Shown: positions 8,643 through 19,594 of the stretch, in pieces | Numbering within the stretch: position 1 is the first letter of the stretch | Layout of the letters: each line of letters begins with the position of its first letter | Source of the DNA: Puniceicoccaceae bacterium | Lineage (GTDB): Bacteria; Verrucomicrobiota; Verrucomicrobiia; Opitutales; Oceanipulchritudinaceae | NCBI GenBank assembly: GCA_040830765.1 | Contig: JBFOMH010000013.1 | Span: 146,373-210,372, forward strand | Direction of reading: 5' to 3' | DNA length: 64,000 bases | Translations under genes and position numbers: made by a program | The notes under the pieces: model-generated | Databases searched by the model: none | Told to the model about the DNA's origin: nothing | What the model saw: only the letters and a program-made list of their open reading frames with translations

Positions 8643-10235
8643 TTATTTCGTCATGGAAATTTCTGTCGAAGGGAGGGTGACGGTCAGGGTCTGGGCCGGG
8701 AAGGTATGTTCCACTCCCTCATTTGCCGGGTCGGCAACCAACCGGGGCCAAATGCCAATAACAAAGAGGGCAATCAGTAGCAGGAGAGCCGGAACCTTTT
8801 CCGAGGTCTTGATATCCCCGCCTTGAAATTCCCCCTTGGTTTCACCAAAGAAAACAGAGGCGACCGCCCGAAGTCCATACACCGCGGAAATGATGATCCC
8901 GCACAAGGCGACATAAAGCACCCATGGTGTGTCCGAATTGAAAAGGGAAACGAAAATGCCCAACTCTCCCCAGAAATTGGCAAAGCCTGGCAATCCGATA
9001 CTGGCCAGCATGGCGGCCGTGAACAAACCCATCAGGACGGGTGCCTTTTGCCCCATCCCTCCGAGGTCCTTCATGTCAGCCGTCCCGCCGCGCTTCTCCA
9101 CGACATCCGCGAGGAGGAAAAGCAAGGCCACCGACAAACCGTGGGCGAAAAGCATCATGATAGCAGCCCCGATTCCCACTGTGGAAAAAGCATACAACCC
9201 AAGGAAAGCGTACCCCATGTGCATCACTGAGGCATTCCCAAGCATTACCTTGAGGTCGCGCTGGGCCATCGTGACAAAACCGATGAGGATCAAGTTGCCG
9301 AGAGCCAGCCACATCAAGAGCGGAGCCCAGTCAGCCGCACCCTGCGGCAGAAGCGGGTAGGCCAGCTGAATCAATCCATAGAGCCCGAACTTCTTGAGCA
9401 CCCCGGCATGGAGCATGGCTGCGGGCGCCGGTGCAGTGGAATAGGCCCGCGGGGCCCAGGTGTGGAACGGGAACAGGGAAACCAGCACACCAAAACCAAT
9501 GAGGAGCAGGCCGAATATTGTTCCCTGTACAGGAGCCTCCACCAGCCCTATCCGCAGTGCCGCCATGTTAAAATGCTCCGCCCCGCTGAAAACATAGAGG
9601 GCGATCAACCCGGCGAGGGTGATCATCGCACCAAAGGTGAGATAAATGGTCACTTCCAGGGCTACGGCCTTTCGCCCCGAACGGCCCCAGAGGGCAATCA
9701 GGATGAAGGTCGGAATAAGGGCAAACTCATGGAAGAAATAGAAGAAAAGCACATCGACCGATGAAAAGACGCCCATCAGCCCGCCCTGCATGACAAGCAG
9801 CAGAATCAGGTAAAGACGCAAGCGCTCAACCCCGCTCTGGATGGCATAGAGGCCTGCCGCCATGCCGACGATGCCGGCCAGGACATAGAATGGAAGCGCA
9901 ATGCCGTTCAAGCCAAGGTGCAGCCGGATACCAAAGCGTTCCAAACCGAGGTCACGGACGACCTGGAAGGCATATGCCCCATCGTGGTTGCCAGCAGCGT
10001 AGATAGCCGCCAGCCAGATACTGATCAGTCCCGGAATGATAAATCCGGCCAGGCCGCAGAATTTGACCGCAGGGTCCGGCAATTTGCCGGAGACCGTCAG
10101 CGCGATGGCCATCGTCAACGGAATGGCAATGGCAAAGATGACAAGGTAGGCGTTTAAAACCGGTGAAGCTGCTCCCGCACTCTGCAGGAACTCTCCGATG
10201 CCTCCCAGAAAAGCAATGGGCATTTGCGTCGTCAT
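8643..10235 (-). CDS. nuoM: NADH-quinone oxidoreductase subunit M
   Basis: FPFHTWAP, LKKFGLYG, ASIGLPGFANFWGE. Start at ATG 10235 overlaps the nuoL stop. Confidence 0.95.
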   Translation of the reverse strand: MTTQMPIAFLGGIGEFLQSAGAASPVLNAYLVIFAIAIPLTMAIALTVSGKLPDPAVKFCGLAGFIIPGLISIWLAAIYAAGNHDGAYAFQVVRDLGLERFGIRLHLGLNGIALPFYVLAGIVGMAAGLYAIQSGVERLRLYLILLLVMQGGLMGVFSSVDVLFFYFFHEFALIPTFILIALWGRSGRKAVALEVTIYLTFGAMITLAGLIALYVFSGAEHFNMAALRIGLVEAPVQGTIFGLLLIGFGVLVSLFPFHTWAPRAYSTAPAPAAMLHAGVLKKFGLYGLIQLAYPLLPQGAADWAPLLMWLALGNLILIGFVTMAQRDLKVMLGNASVMHMGYAFLGLYAFSTVGIGAAIMMLFAHGLSVALLFLLADVVEKRGGTADMKDLGGMGQKAPVLMGLFTAAMLASIGLPGFANFWGELGIFVSLFNSDTPWVLYVALCGIIISAVYGLRAVASVFFGETKGEFQGGDIKTSEKVPALLLLIALFVIGIWPRLVADPANEGVEHTFPAQTLTVTLPSTEISMTK

Positions 10236-12139
10236 TTCAAAATCCCCTCCAAAAATCCGCCGGCATAAGCACCGAACAGGACAAGGCCGACAAAGAACCA
10301 CCAGACATAGGTGGAAACACTACCCGTGTGCAGGCGTCGGGCCACGATCCCGAGGAGGCCTGCAGCTCCGGCTGTCCCTCTGACCAGCACCCCGGAGATG
10401 ACCAGGGTATCGAGGAAGCCGATGATGTCAGCCAGACGGTCCTGAACCTTCCTGATATAAAGCAGGTAAATCTCGTCGAAATAGAACCGTGATTTGGAAA
10501 TCGCATAGACCGGCGGGAGGGTTGTCTCCAGTTTGTCGGTCTTGGCACCGGCCCCATAAATGACCCGGGCAAGGACAAGGCCAACAATCGAGGCCACTGC
10601 GGAAATAATGATCATCAACTGGTGGTCAGCGCCATGGGGATGGGGGACCCAATCATGGATGAGCACCTGCAGGGACGGAGGATACAGGATCAGGTAGCCA
10701 CCACCGATGGAGAAGACCGCCAGTACCGCCAAGGGCAGGACAATCGTCCAGGGCGATTCGTGTGCCTTCTCGGCTGCCTTGCTCTTTGGCTTTCCAAGGA
10801 ACGCGATGAAAAAGAGCCGGCCCATGTAGAGGGCAGTCAGCAGCGCGGTTCCCGTCAGCAGGTAGAAAGCCGGTGCACTGGTGGACTTGGCCACATAGAG
10901 GATGGCATCCTTGCTGAAGAAACCGGCCGCAATGAACGGCACCCCGGCAATGGCAATGACGCCCGCGGCAAAGGTGAGGGTAGTCAATGGCATCGTCTTG
11001 TAGAGTCCGCCCATCTTGAAGATGTCCTGCTCATGGTGGCAGGCATGGATGACTGAACCGGACCCGAGAAAGAGCAGCGCCTTGAAGAAGGCATGCGTTG
11101 TCAGGTGGAACATTGAGGCGCCGATACCGTAGTAGAGGGCAGTCTGGGCATCCCCCGCATGATGGAGGCCGTAGAGGGTCCCAAGGCCAAATCCGGCCAC
11201 CATGTACCCCAGTTGCGACAAAGTCGAATAGGCGAGGATCTTCTTGATGTCCCTCTGGGCAAAGGCCCATAGCGCCGCACTAACCGCTGTCACAACCCCG
11301 ACCCAGGCGACGATGTGGAGGGCTTCCTCAGTAAAGAGGAAAAAGCTTCGCCCGAGAAAGTAGACACCGGCCGCGACCATGGTGGCGGCGTGGATAAGGG
11401 CGGAAATCGGAGTCGGGCCAGCCATGGCATCCGGCAACCAGACATGAAGCGGCATCTGCGCGGACTTGCCGAGGACCCCGCAAAAGAGGAGCAGCCCCAT
11501 CAGCGTAGTCACCGCTTCCGGTCGGATTCCGGCAGCTTGTTCCAGCTCAGTCAGGGAAACGGTCCCGAACGTCCAGTAGGTGATGATAATGCCGATAAGG
11601 AATCCAAAGTCCCCCACCCGGTTGACAATAAAGGCTTTCTTGGCCGCCTGGGCTGCCTCATCCGTATGCAGGTAATGGCCGATCAGCATGTAGGAACTGA
11701 AGCCAACCAGTTCCCAGAAGATGAACATCATGAAAAGATTGTCCGCGAGGACAATTCCCAGCATGGAGAACATGAAGATCGAGAGGCCTCCGAAGAAACG
11801 TCCCCGTGCCCCGTCATCGTTCATGTAGCCAACACTGAAGAGGTGAATCCAGAAGCCGACAAAGGCCACGATAAACAACATCAGCGCGCTGAGATCGTTG
11901 AGCAGGAAGCCGACGGACAACTTGAAACTGCCCAGCGTAAGCCATTCCGTGCTCACCTCATAGGAAGCCCCATCCCAGAGGCCGAAGAAGAGCCAGCCAC
12001 TGCAGAGGAGGATGACTCCAGCAGCACCGAGCGAGAGTGTCATTGCCAGGGCGGCCCGCTGGCGGGCAAACATCCAGATCAATCCGGCAGACACCAGCGG
12101 CGCCAGGAGGATTATGCTTAATACGGTTCCCAGTTCCAT
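10232..12139 (-). CDS. nuoL: NADH-quinone oxidoreductase subunit L
   Basis: KAFIVNRVGDFG, GKSAQMPLHVWLPDAMAGPTPISALIHAATMV, THAFFKALLFL. Confidence 0.97.
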   Translation of the reverse strand: MELGTVLSIILLAPLVSAGLIWMFARQRAALAMTLSLGAAGVILLCSGWLFFGLWDGASYEVSTEWLTLGSFKLSVGFLLNDLSALMLFIVAFVGFWIHLFSVGYMNDDGARGRFFGGLSIFMFSMLGIVLADNLFMMFIFWELVGFSSYMLIGHYLHTDEAAQAAKKAFIVNRVGDFGFLIGIIITYWTFGTVSLTELEQAAGIRPEAVTTLMGLLLFCGVLGKSAQMPLHVWLPDAMAGPTPISALIHAATMVAAGVYFLGRSFFLFTEEALHIVAWVGVVTAVSAALWAFAQRDIKKILAYSTLSQLGYMVAGFGLGTLYGLHHAGDAQTALYYGIGASMFHLTTHAFFKALLFLGSGSVIHACHHEQDIFKMGGLYKTMPLTTLTFAAGVIAIAGVPFIAAGFFSKDAILYVAKSTSAPAFYLLTGTALLTALYMGRLFFIAFLGKPKSKAAEKAHESPWTIVLPLAVLAVFSIGGGYLILYPPSLQVLIHDWVPHPHGADHQLMIIISAVASIVGLVLARVIYGAGAKTDKLETTLPPVYAISKSRFYFDEIYLLYIRKVQDRLADIIGFLDTLVISGVLVRGTAGAAGLLGIVARRLHTGSVSTYVWWFFVGLVLFGAYAGGFLEGILK

Positions 12140-12459
12140 CAGTGCTTCAACTCCGTGATTTCATCCAGCTCCACCGTTTGATGGCGGCGCCAGAGGGCAA
12201 CGATGATTGCCAGGCCAACCGCCACCTCACAGGCGGCTATGGCGATTATGAAAAGGACGAACAGGTTGCCTTCCATCAGTGGAGCGCCCGGCGTCGTGTT
12301 GTAGCGCGAAAAGGCGATCAAGGCCAGGATGGCCGCACTCAGCATCAATTCGAGGCACATGAAAACAACAAGGGTGTTCTTGCGCAGCAGGACCCCGAAA
12401 AAGCCGATCGCAAAAAGGAGGACGGAAACAAAGAGGTAATGCTCAAGGCCAATGGTCAT
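12139..12459 (-). CDS. nuoK: NADH-quinone oxidoreductase subunit K
   Basis: [18 protein letters not shown]. Confidence 0.96.
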   Translation of the reverse strand: MTIGLEHYLFVSVLLFAIGFFGVLLRKNTLVVFMCLELMLSAAILALIAFSRYNTTPGAPLMEGNLFVLFIIAIAACEVAVGLAIIVALWRRHQTVELDEITELKH

Positions 12460-12971
12460 TGTTCACCTCCAGTCTCATCGGATTCAAACTTCCGGCTCAG
12501 GACGATGACCCCCACCATGGCAATGAGGAGCATGAAGCCCGTCATCTGGAATGGCAGAAGGTAGGTCGTGAACAGGGAGACCCCGAAGGTCCGGGAAAGG
12601 TTGCCGGGGGCCTCGGCGGTGATTTCCGCAAACGGACCGGCTCCCCCACCGAAGATGAGGTAGTACCCGGCGAAGACCATCAGGGCGAAGGCCGCCAGGC
12701 TGGCCAGGAAGCGGAGGAGGCGCGGGTGCGGGCTGCTTCCGGCATCAATCAGCATGATGATGAAAAGGAAGAGGACGACAATCGCTCCGGCATAGACCAG
12801 GATCTGGAGAATCGCCAGGAAGTAGGTCTCGAGGAGCACAAATAGCGCGGCCAGACCCACGAATGAGACCATCATGTTCATCGCGGCGTTCACAGGCTTG
12901 CGGCTGGTTGCCACGAAAAAGGCCGGAACAATGGTCAGGGCGGCAAAGAAGTGAAAGAGGATTTCTCTCAT
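12456..12971 (-). CDS. nuoJ: NADH-quinone oxidoreductase subunit J
   Basis: [25 protein letters not shown]. Confidence 0.95.
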   Translation of the reverse strand: MREILFHFFAALTIVPAFFVATSRKPVNAAMNMMVSFVGLAALFVLLETYFLAILQILVYAGAIVVLFLFIIMLIDAGSSPHPRLLRFLASLAAFALMVFAGYYLIFGGGAGPFAEITAEAPGNLSRTFGVSLFTTYLLPFQMTGFMLLIAMVGVIVLSRKFESDETGGEQ

Positions 12972-13040
12972 GATCGCTGGACGGTCATTAGAACACCGCA
13001 GTTGTTGTTTGGAAGGTAAAAGTCATGGCTGGAAAGTCGA

Positions 13041-13583
<543 letters not shown>

Positions 13584-13590
13584 GATGCGT

Positions 13591-14682
13591 TCAGAATTGT
13601 TCAATGAGGGCGATGACGACCGCGTAAAAGACGAGGTTGGCAATGGCCAGGGGGAGCAGCTTGCGCCAGCCGAGATCCATGACCTGGTCGTAACGGAAAC
13701 GCGGAAGGGTCCAGCGGATCCACATGAAGAAGAAGACCAGCAGGAAGACCTTGAAAGCAAAGACAAGGACCGAGAGGGCGCCACCCACATAGCCGGCCGG
13801 ATAGGTGACATAAGGAATGCTCCATCCGCCGAGGAAGAGGAGGACAAAAACCCCGGATCCGATGATGATGTGGGCGTATTCCCCGACGAAGAAAAGCCCG
13901 AACTTGAAAGCGCCGTACTCGGTGTTGTAGCCGGCGACCAGGTCCGTCTCTGATTCCGGCATGTCAAAGGGCAGCCGGTTGGTCTCGGCAAAGAGCGCGA
14001 CCAGGAAAATCAAGGCAGAAAGTGGCTGGTAGAAGACGGTCCAAGATGGAATGAATCCGAAGAGCAGGTCTTCCTGTCCAAGAACAATGTCATAAAGGTT
14101 AAGCGTTCCCCCGAACCACATGAAGACCGGCAGCAGGGAAAGCCCCAGGGCCAGCTCATAGGATATCATCTGGGCGGAGGCGCGGATACCCCCGAGGAAG
14201 GGATACTTGGAATTGGCCGACCAACCACCGAGGATGATCCCGTAGACCCCGAGGGAGGAGACCGCGAAAATGAAGAGGATTCCAATATCAAGATTCGCCA
14301 GGACCATCGGATTCTGGATGCCATCCTCACCGGTGTAGACACCGAATGGCATCACCGTCATGGTGGTCATGGCGGGGATGAAGGCGACCAGGGGAGCCAG
14401 AACGTAATAAAAGGCATTCACATGCTTCGGGAATGGATCTTCCTTGAAGAGGAATTTCAACCCGTCAGCCATGGGCTGGAAAATCCCAATCCGGGTCAGG
14501 AAAGGACCGATTACCGGCAGACTGCCAAAGATGGGAATCTGTGTCCGGTTGGGTCCGGGGCGACCCTGGATGGCTGCCGCCACCTTGCGCTCCATCAGGA
14601 CGGCGTAGGCCGCACCACCCATGACAACGGATATCATGAGGACCGCCTTGGTCACCAGCCAGATTAAGTGTGTCAGATCCAT
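13591..14682 (-). CDS. nuoH: NADH-quinone oxidoreductase subunit H
   Basis: ERKVAAAIQGRPGPNR, QPMADGLKFLFKE, AETNRLPFD, TLPRFRYDQ. Confidence 0.97.
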   Translation of the reverse strand: MDLTHLIWLVTKAVLMISVVMGGAAYAVLMERKVAAAIQGRPGPNRTQIPIFGSLPVIGPFLTRIGIFQPMADGLKFLFKEDPFPKHVNAFYYVLAPLVAFIPAMTTMTVMPFGVYTGEDGIQNPMVLANLDIGILFIFAVSSLGVYGIILGGWSANSKYPFLGGIRASAQMISYELALGLSLLPVFMWFGGTLNLYDIVLGQEDLLFGFIPSWTVFYQPLSALIFLVALFAETNRLPFDMPESETDLVAGYNTEYGAFKFGLFFVGEYAHIIIGSGVFVLLFLGGWSIPYVTYPAGYVGGALSVLVFAFKVFLLVFFFMWIRWTLPRFRYDQVMDLGWRKLLPLAIANLVFYAVVIALIEQF

Positions 14683-14687
14683 TGTTT

Positions 14688-16394
14688 TCAGGCCTCCGCT
14701 AGAGCTGTTTTGGGTTCAAAGTGCAATCCCTTGCCTTCGACAAAGGGGAGCTGGGCAAAGCGTTCATCACTGACCATCGCGCCGGTGGTAGGGATACTGG
14801 AGAAACTCATTCCCTTGAACTCGGGCACGACCTGGCTCATTGATTCCCAGACAGCCGCCGGGGCAGGCTCCATAATCGCGTTGGGATTGAGCGCTTCGAG
14901 CAACTTGGTGAAGGTGCTGCACCCGAAGAGGACGTCCGCCGGCCCAGGAACGGCCTGGGCAAATTTCTGTACCCGGAACTGCTGGTTCACGAAGGTTCCC
15001 GACTTTTCAAAGGTTGTCAGGATAGGCAATTCCACCTCGGAGTACTGGCCGCATTCAGCGTGATGGGTCCCCATGTAGATGATCTTCACCTTCTTCAGGA
15101 CATCGACCGGGATTCCGGCAGAACAAAGGTCCTCGCCAGCAGCAAGGAGGGTCTTGATGGAGCCTTCGTTGATCAGGCTGACCAATTCGTCCAGCTTTTC
15201 CTCTGGCAGGGTCTTGATGAGCCCCGTCAGGAGAGCCCCGCGGACATTGGGATTGCGGTCAGCCGAAAGCAGGCGGCCGTCCCCTTCACCGTAACGACCA
15301 ACCAGGTAAGTCGGTACCGGCCCATCCAATTCTTTCCGGATGAGCGTCAGGAGATACTGTTCCTCCACACTCAGGCGTCCGCTGGCGACAATGCCCACCC
15401 CGCCCTTTTCGAGAAGGCGTCCCGCAGCGACCGAGATCGCTTCGGCGGCCTTTACCGGACGCCCCTCAATGGCGTACTGGTTGAGCCGGTCATCTGAGTC
15501 CACTGCCTTGTAGAGGGCCCGCCCGCTGTCCGGCATCCAGGTATCGTTGACCGCGTCGTTGCGGCGGGGCGAAATGCGGTAAATAGTCCCTTCCCGGCTA
15601 CCAACGACCGTGTTGCAACCGACGCTGGATTCGGTATCGATGGAGGGTGTCTCCTTGAGGAACCAAACCCGCATCCGGAACCGGAAGTCGGTCGAGGTCA
15701 ACGCCCCAACGGGGCAGATGTCGACGGTGTTCAAAGAGTAATTGTTGTCCAGTTGGGTTCCCGGGAACGTGGTCAGCGTGGAATAAGATCCACGGTCGAT
15801 GAAACCCAATACGGGATCCTCAACGATTTCCTCACAGAAGCGGATACAGCGGGAGCAAAGGATGCAGCGCTCATCGTCGAGCATGACTCTCGGCCCGAGG
15901 CGGGTCCGCTTGGGCTTGACGTTCTTCTGCTCAATGAAGCGGCTGTAGCCGCGGCCGTAATCCGTGGCAAATTCCTGCAGACGGCATTCGCCAGCCTGGT
16001 CGCAAATGGGGCAATCCAAAGGGTGATTGACGAGAAGGAACTCCATCACGCCTTCACGGCAGGACTTGACCGACTCCGAATCTGTCCGGACGTGCATTCC
16101 GGGGGAGACATTGGTGGCGCAACCGATAACCGGCTTGGGAACCCACATGATTTTGGGGCTGCCATCTTCGTTGAGGAGCGGTTCACCAGTGGCGCGGTCG
16201 CGTCCCGGGGTTCCCATTTCGACAAGGCACATCCGGCAGTTACCCGAAACCGATAATTTCGGATGGTAACAGTAGTGCGGGATTTCCTTGCCGACACTTT
16301 CGAGCGCGTCGACCAGGTTTACGCCGGCCGGCACTTCAGCTTCCGTGCCGTCGATGTAAATGGTGACTGTTTCGTTCTGTTTCGTTTCGCTCAT
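14688..16394 (-). CDS. nuoG: NADH-quinone oxidoreductase subunit G (short form)
   Basis: CYHPKLSVSGNCRMC, NHPLDCPICDQAGECRLQ, CILCSRCIRFC..CPVGAL. Confidence 0.95.
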   Translation of the reverse strand: MSETKQNETVTIYIDGTEAEVPAGVNLVDALESVGKEIPHYCYHPKLSVSGNCRMCLVEMGTPGRDRATGEPLLNEDGSPKIMWVPKPVIGCATNVSPGMHVRTDSESVKSCREGVMEFLLVNHPLDCPICDQAGECRLQEFATDYGRGYSRFIEQKNVKPKRTRLGPRVMLDDERCILCSRCIRFCEEIVEDPVLGFIDRGSYSTLTTFPGTQLDNNYSLNTVDICPVGALTSTDFRFRMRVWFLKETPSIDTESSVGCNTVVGSREGTIYRISPRRNDAVNDTWMPDSGRALYKAVDSDDRLNQYAIEGRPVKAAEAISVAAGRLLEKGGVGIVASGRLSVEEQYLLTLIRKELDGPVPTYLVGRYGEGDGRLLSADRNPNVRGALLTGLIKTLPEEKLDELVSLINEGSIKTLLAAGEDLCSAGIPVDVLKKVKIIYMGTHHAECGQYSEVELPILTTFEKSGTFVNQQFRVQKFAQAVPGPADVLFGCSTFTKLLEALNPNAIMEPAPAAVWESMSQVVPEFKGMSFSSIPTTGAMVSDERFAQLPFVEGKGLHFEPKTALAEA

Positions 16395-16420
16395 TTCCTG
16401 AGATCTGTCATCGGCTCAAA

Positions 16421-17800
16421 TTAAACCAGCCGGAATGGCCGGACTTTCGCCTTTTCCGGATCCTCCTTCGCTTTCTCGACAAATTTATCGTGGAACTTCG
16501 CCACAAAGCTCTGGGTCGGCCAGGAACAGGCTTCCCCGTGGGCACAAATGGTCCGCCCGGCGATTTGATCGCCGATGGAAGCCAGCAGGTCGGCATCCTC
16601 CTCGCGGGCACCTCCATTGGCCATGCGGGTGGTGATTTTCTTCATCCACAGGGAGCCTTCCCGGCAGGGCGTGCACTGACCACAGCTCTCATGGGCATAG
16701 AAGGCATTGATGTTGGCCAGGACCTCGACGATGTCCACGCTGTCATCAATGACGATGACTGCACCGGAGCCGGACATGGATCCGGCAGCCATGGGGCCGT
16801 CGAAATCCAATGGGACATCCTCGATGCCCCAGTTGAACGCCTCGCCATTTTTCAGCTTGCCGGTAAATCGTTCCCCGGCCCGCCAGACCTTGGCGGAGGA
16901 ACCACCCGGAATGACGGCCTGCAGGGTTCGCCCTTCGCGGAGACCTCCGCCAATTTCAAAAATTAAATCCCCGTAGGTGAATTTGCCATTCTCCAGTTCG
17001 TAGTAACCGGGATTGCGGACCTGTCCACTCAAGCACCAGATACGGGTCCCCGTATTGCCCGGTTTGCCGATCTGGGCGTAGTTCTTGCCCCCCATGTCGA
17101 CGATATGCTTCACGTTGCAGAGGGTTTCGACGTTATTGACGATCGTCGGACACATGTAGAGCCCGAGGGCTGCTGGAAAATAAGGCGGCTTGATCCGCGG
17201 ATAGGCCCGCTTTCCTTCAAGGGACTCAATGAGGCCGGTTTCCTCCCCACAGATGTAGGCGGCGGCCCCGCGGTGGACGATGATGTCGCAGGAGTAGCCG
17301 GAGCCAAGGATGTTTTCCCCGACAAGGTTTTGCGCCCGGGCCTCCTCGATGGCGGCTTCGAGAATTTGCGCCCCAAGAGGCATTTCCTCGCGGATGTAGA
17401 TGAACGCCAGGGCACAATTGGTGGCGAATGCGGTCAGCATCATGCCTTCAATCAGCTGGTGCGGGTCCTTGTGGATGATCTGCCGGTCCTTGAAGGTCCC
17501 CGGCTCTGATTCGTCCGCATTGCAGATGAGATAGATCGGCTTGCCGCTCTTGCGGTCGAGGAACTTCCACTTCATGCCGGCCGGGAAACCGGCACCGCCC
17601 CGGCCACGGACTTCGGAATCCATCACTTCCTGACACAAGTCCTCCGGCTTGCGGTTGGCCACTGCCTCCTTCAGCACGTCGTAACCACCGTGACGCGTGT
17701 AGCAATCGATGGAAATGTCATATTCCGGATCATCGGCATGCTTGAGGATGATGCGGCGCTCGCTGGGATGAATCTCGGTACTCTTGGGAACGGAAAACAT
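16421..17800 (-). CDS. nuoF: NADH-quinone oxidoreductase subunit F
   Basis: RGRGGAGFPAGMKW, NADESEPGTFKDR, YICGEETGL, ESCGQCTPCREG. Confidence 0.97.
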   Translation of the reverse strand: MFSVPKSTEIHPSERRIILKHADDPEYDISIDCYTRHGGYDVLKEAVANRKPEDLCQEVMDSEVRGRGGAGFPAGMKWKFLDRKSGKPIYLICNADESEPGTFKDRQIIHKDPHQLIEGMMLTAFATNCALAFIYIREEMPLGAQILEAAIEEARAQNLVGENILGSGYSCDIIVHRGAAAYICGEETGLIESLEGKRAYPRIKPPYFPAALGLYMCPTIVNNVETLCNVKHIVDMGGKNYAQIGKPGNTGTRIWCLSGQVRNPGYYELENGKFTYGDLIFEIGGGLREGRTLQAVIPGGSSAKVWRAGERFTGKLKNGEAFNWGIEDVPLDFDGPMAAGSMSGSGAVIVIDDSVDIVEVLANINAFYAHESCGQCTPCREGSLWMKKITTRMANGGAREEDADLLASIGDQIAGRTICAHGEACSWPTQSFVAKFHDKFVEKAKEDPEKAKVRPFRLV

Positions 17801-17813
17801 ATGCCTGCACTCC

Positions 17814-18326
17814 TTAGGATTCAGTACCGGCTACTTCACCAGCCGGCGTCTCCTTCTTGATCTGTTCACAGATGGCTTCCACCTGCTCCTCATTGAGGTT
17901 CTCGTACAAAACGTCATCGACCATGGCCACGGGTGCTGTCCCGCAACTGGCCAGACACTCGGCGAATTCCACCGTCACCCGGCCATCCGGGGAGATAGCG
18001 TCCAGTTCGGTACCGAAGGCTTCCTTGAAGGAATCGCAGACTTTGTAGCCGCCGTTGAGGGCGCAGGACAAGGTCCGGCAAACCCGGATATGGCGCTTTC
18101 CGATCGGCTTCTCCCGGTAGAACGGGTAAAAGGTCACCACCTCGCGAACCTGGATCGGGGTCAATTCAAGCTTGTCGGCAACCCATTCCTGAGCCTCCAG
18201 GGAAAGAAAACCAGCCTCCTTTTGGATGGCATGGAGGATCATCATGATGGCACTCCGCTTCTGCGGATAGCGTGCGATGACATCCTCGATGTATTTAAGT
18301 GTTTCAGCTGAAGGTTCAAATGCCAT
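17814..18326 (-). CDS. nuoE: NADH-quinone oxidoreductase subunit E
   Basis: VVTFYP, CRTLSC, ECLASC (2Fe-2S). Start at ATG 18326. Confidence 0.95.
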   Translation of the reverse strand: MAFEPSAETLKYIEDVIARYPQKRSAIMMILHAIQKEAGFLSLEAQEWVADKLELTPIQVREVVTFYPFYREKPIGKRHIRVCRTLSCALNGGYKVCDSFKEAFGTELDAISPDGRVTVEFAECLASCGTAPVAMVDDVLYENLNEEQVEAICEQIKKETPAGEVAGTES

Positions 18327-18346
18327 TGGAATCAATTCAAAGTCAG

Positions 18347-19582
18347 TTAGCGGTCACATTCCCCGAGGACGAAATCCAGGCTCCCCAGAAGCACCGGAAT
18401 GTCAGGCACAATATGGCCAGGGACCATTTTCGGGAGGATGGACAGGTTACAAAAACTGGGGGAGCGGATCTTCATCCGGTAGGGAACGCCTCCGCCTTTG
18501 GAAACAATAAAGAAGCCAAGCGTGCCTTTCGGGTTTTCCGCCTCGAAATAGACCTCGCCGGGCGGCATCTGCGGCCCCTCGGTGACGATCATGAAATTCT
18601 GGATAAGCTCCTCCATGCTGCTGAGGATCTTGTCCTTCGGCGGGGCATAAATCTTCTTCGCATCCTCGGCATACCAGGGACCTTCAGGCATCTTCTCCAC
18701 TGCCTGCCGGATCAGACGGACACTCTGGCGCATTTCCTCGAGGCGGACCATCCAGCGATCGTAGCAATCACCGTTTGTCCCAATGGGGACATCAAAGTCA
18801 TAATTTTCGTAACCAAGGTAGGGGGCATCCTTGCGCAGGTCCATGGCCACCCCGGAAGCACGCAAGTTCGGTCCGCTGAGACCATAGGCAATTGCCTCCT
18901 CCTTGCTGATTACCCCAACATCCACTGTCCGGTCCCAGAAAATGCGGTTCCGGCTAAGCAGCTTGTCGATTTCCTCGATGATCGGCTCCAGCTCGTTCAT
19001 CACCTTGAGGACATTGCCAAGCCAGCCATCGGGAATATCCCGGGCAACACCACCAATCCGGGCATAGCTGGTAGTGAAACGGGCACCGGTCAGCTGCTCC
19101 AGGAGGGTGTAAAGCTTCTCCCGTTCCGTAAAGGTGTACATGAAGACGGTTAACGCACCGCAATCCATGCCGTAGACCCCGCATCCAAGCAAATGGCTCT
19201 GCAGACGGGCCAATTCACAGCAGATAAGTCGGATTGCCTGGCAGCGTTCGGGGGTTTCCAGCCCGGCCAGCTTTTCGACAGCCAGGGCAAAGGTGATGTT
19301 GTTGTGGATGGGTCCGATGTAGTCCAGCCGGTCCGTGTAGGGAACAAACTGGTTGTAGGTCATGTTCTCAGCGATCTTCTCATCCCCGCGGTGCAGATAC
19401 CCGATTACCGGATCACAACCGGTAATGGTTTCACCGTCCAGCTCGACCCGCAGCCGCAACACGCCGTGGGTGGCCGGGTGGGACGGGCCGATGTTGATCA
19501 TCATCTGATCACCATGAAACTCCTGCTCGGCTGCCGCGGAACGGGCCCCGATATCTCCAATGCTCACTTCCTTGATGGCCAT
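18347..19582 (-). CDS. nuoD: NADH-quinone oxidoreductase subunit D
   Basis: NIGPSHPATHGVLRL, GYLHRG, TDRLDY, DFVLGECDR. Confidence 0.97.
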   Translation of the reverse strand: MAIKEVSIGDIGARSAAAEQEFHGDQMMINIGPSHPATHGVLRLRVELDGETITGCDPVIGYLHRGDEKIAENMTYNQFVPYTDRLDYIGPIHNNITFALAVEKLAGLETPERCQAIRLICCELARLQSHLLGCGVYGMDCGALTVFMYTFTEREKLYTLLEQLTGARFTTSYARIGGVARDIPDGWLGNVLKVMNELEPIIEEIDKLLSRNRIFWDRTVDVGVISKEEAIAYGLSGPNLRASGVAMDLRKDAPYLGYENYDFDVPIGTNGDCYDRWMVRLEEMRQSVRLIRQAVEKMPEGPWYAEDAKKIYAPPKDKILSSMEELIQNFMIVTEGPQMPPGEVYFEAENPKGTLGFFIVSKGGGVPYRMKIRSPSFCNLSILPKMVPGHIVPDIPVLLGSLDFVLGECDR

Positions 19583-19594
19583 TGCTAAATCCTG

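Noticed and set aside
13584..13991. Long N-terminal extension of NuoI in the ORF track (similar extensions for nuoM, nuoB, rpsA, PLD, the kinase and proC)
   Set aside because: The extensions overlap upstream genes or leaders; downstream ATGs fit the family N-termini.
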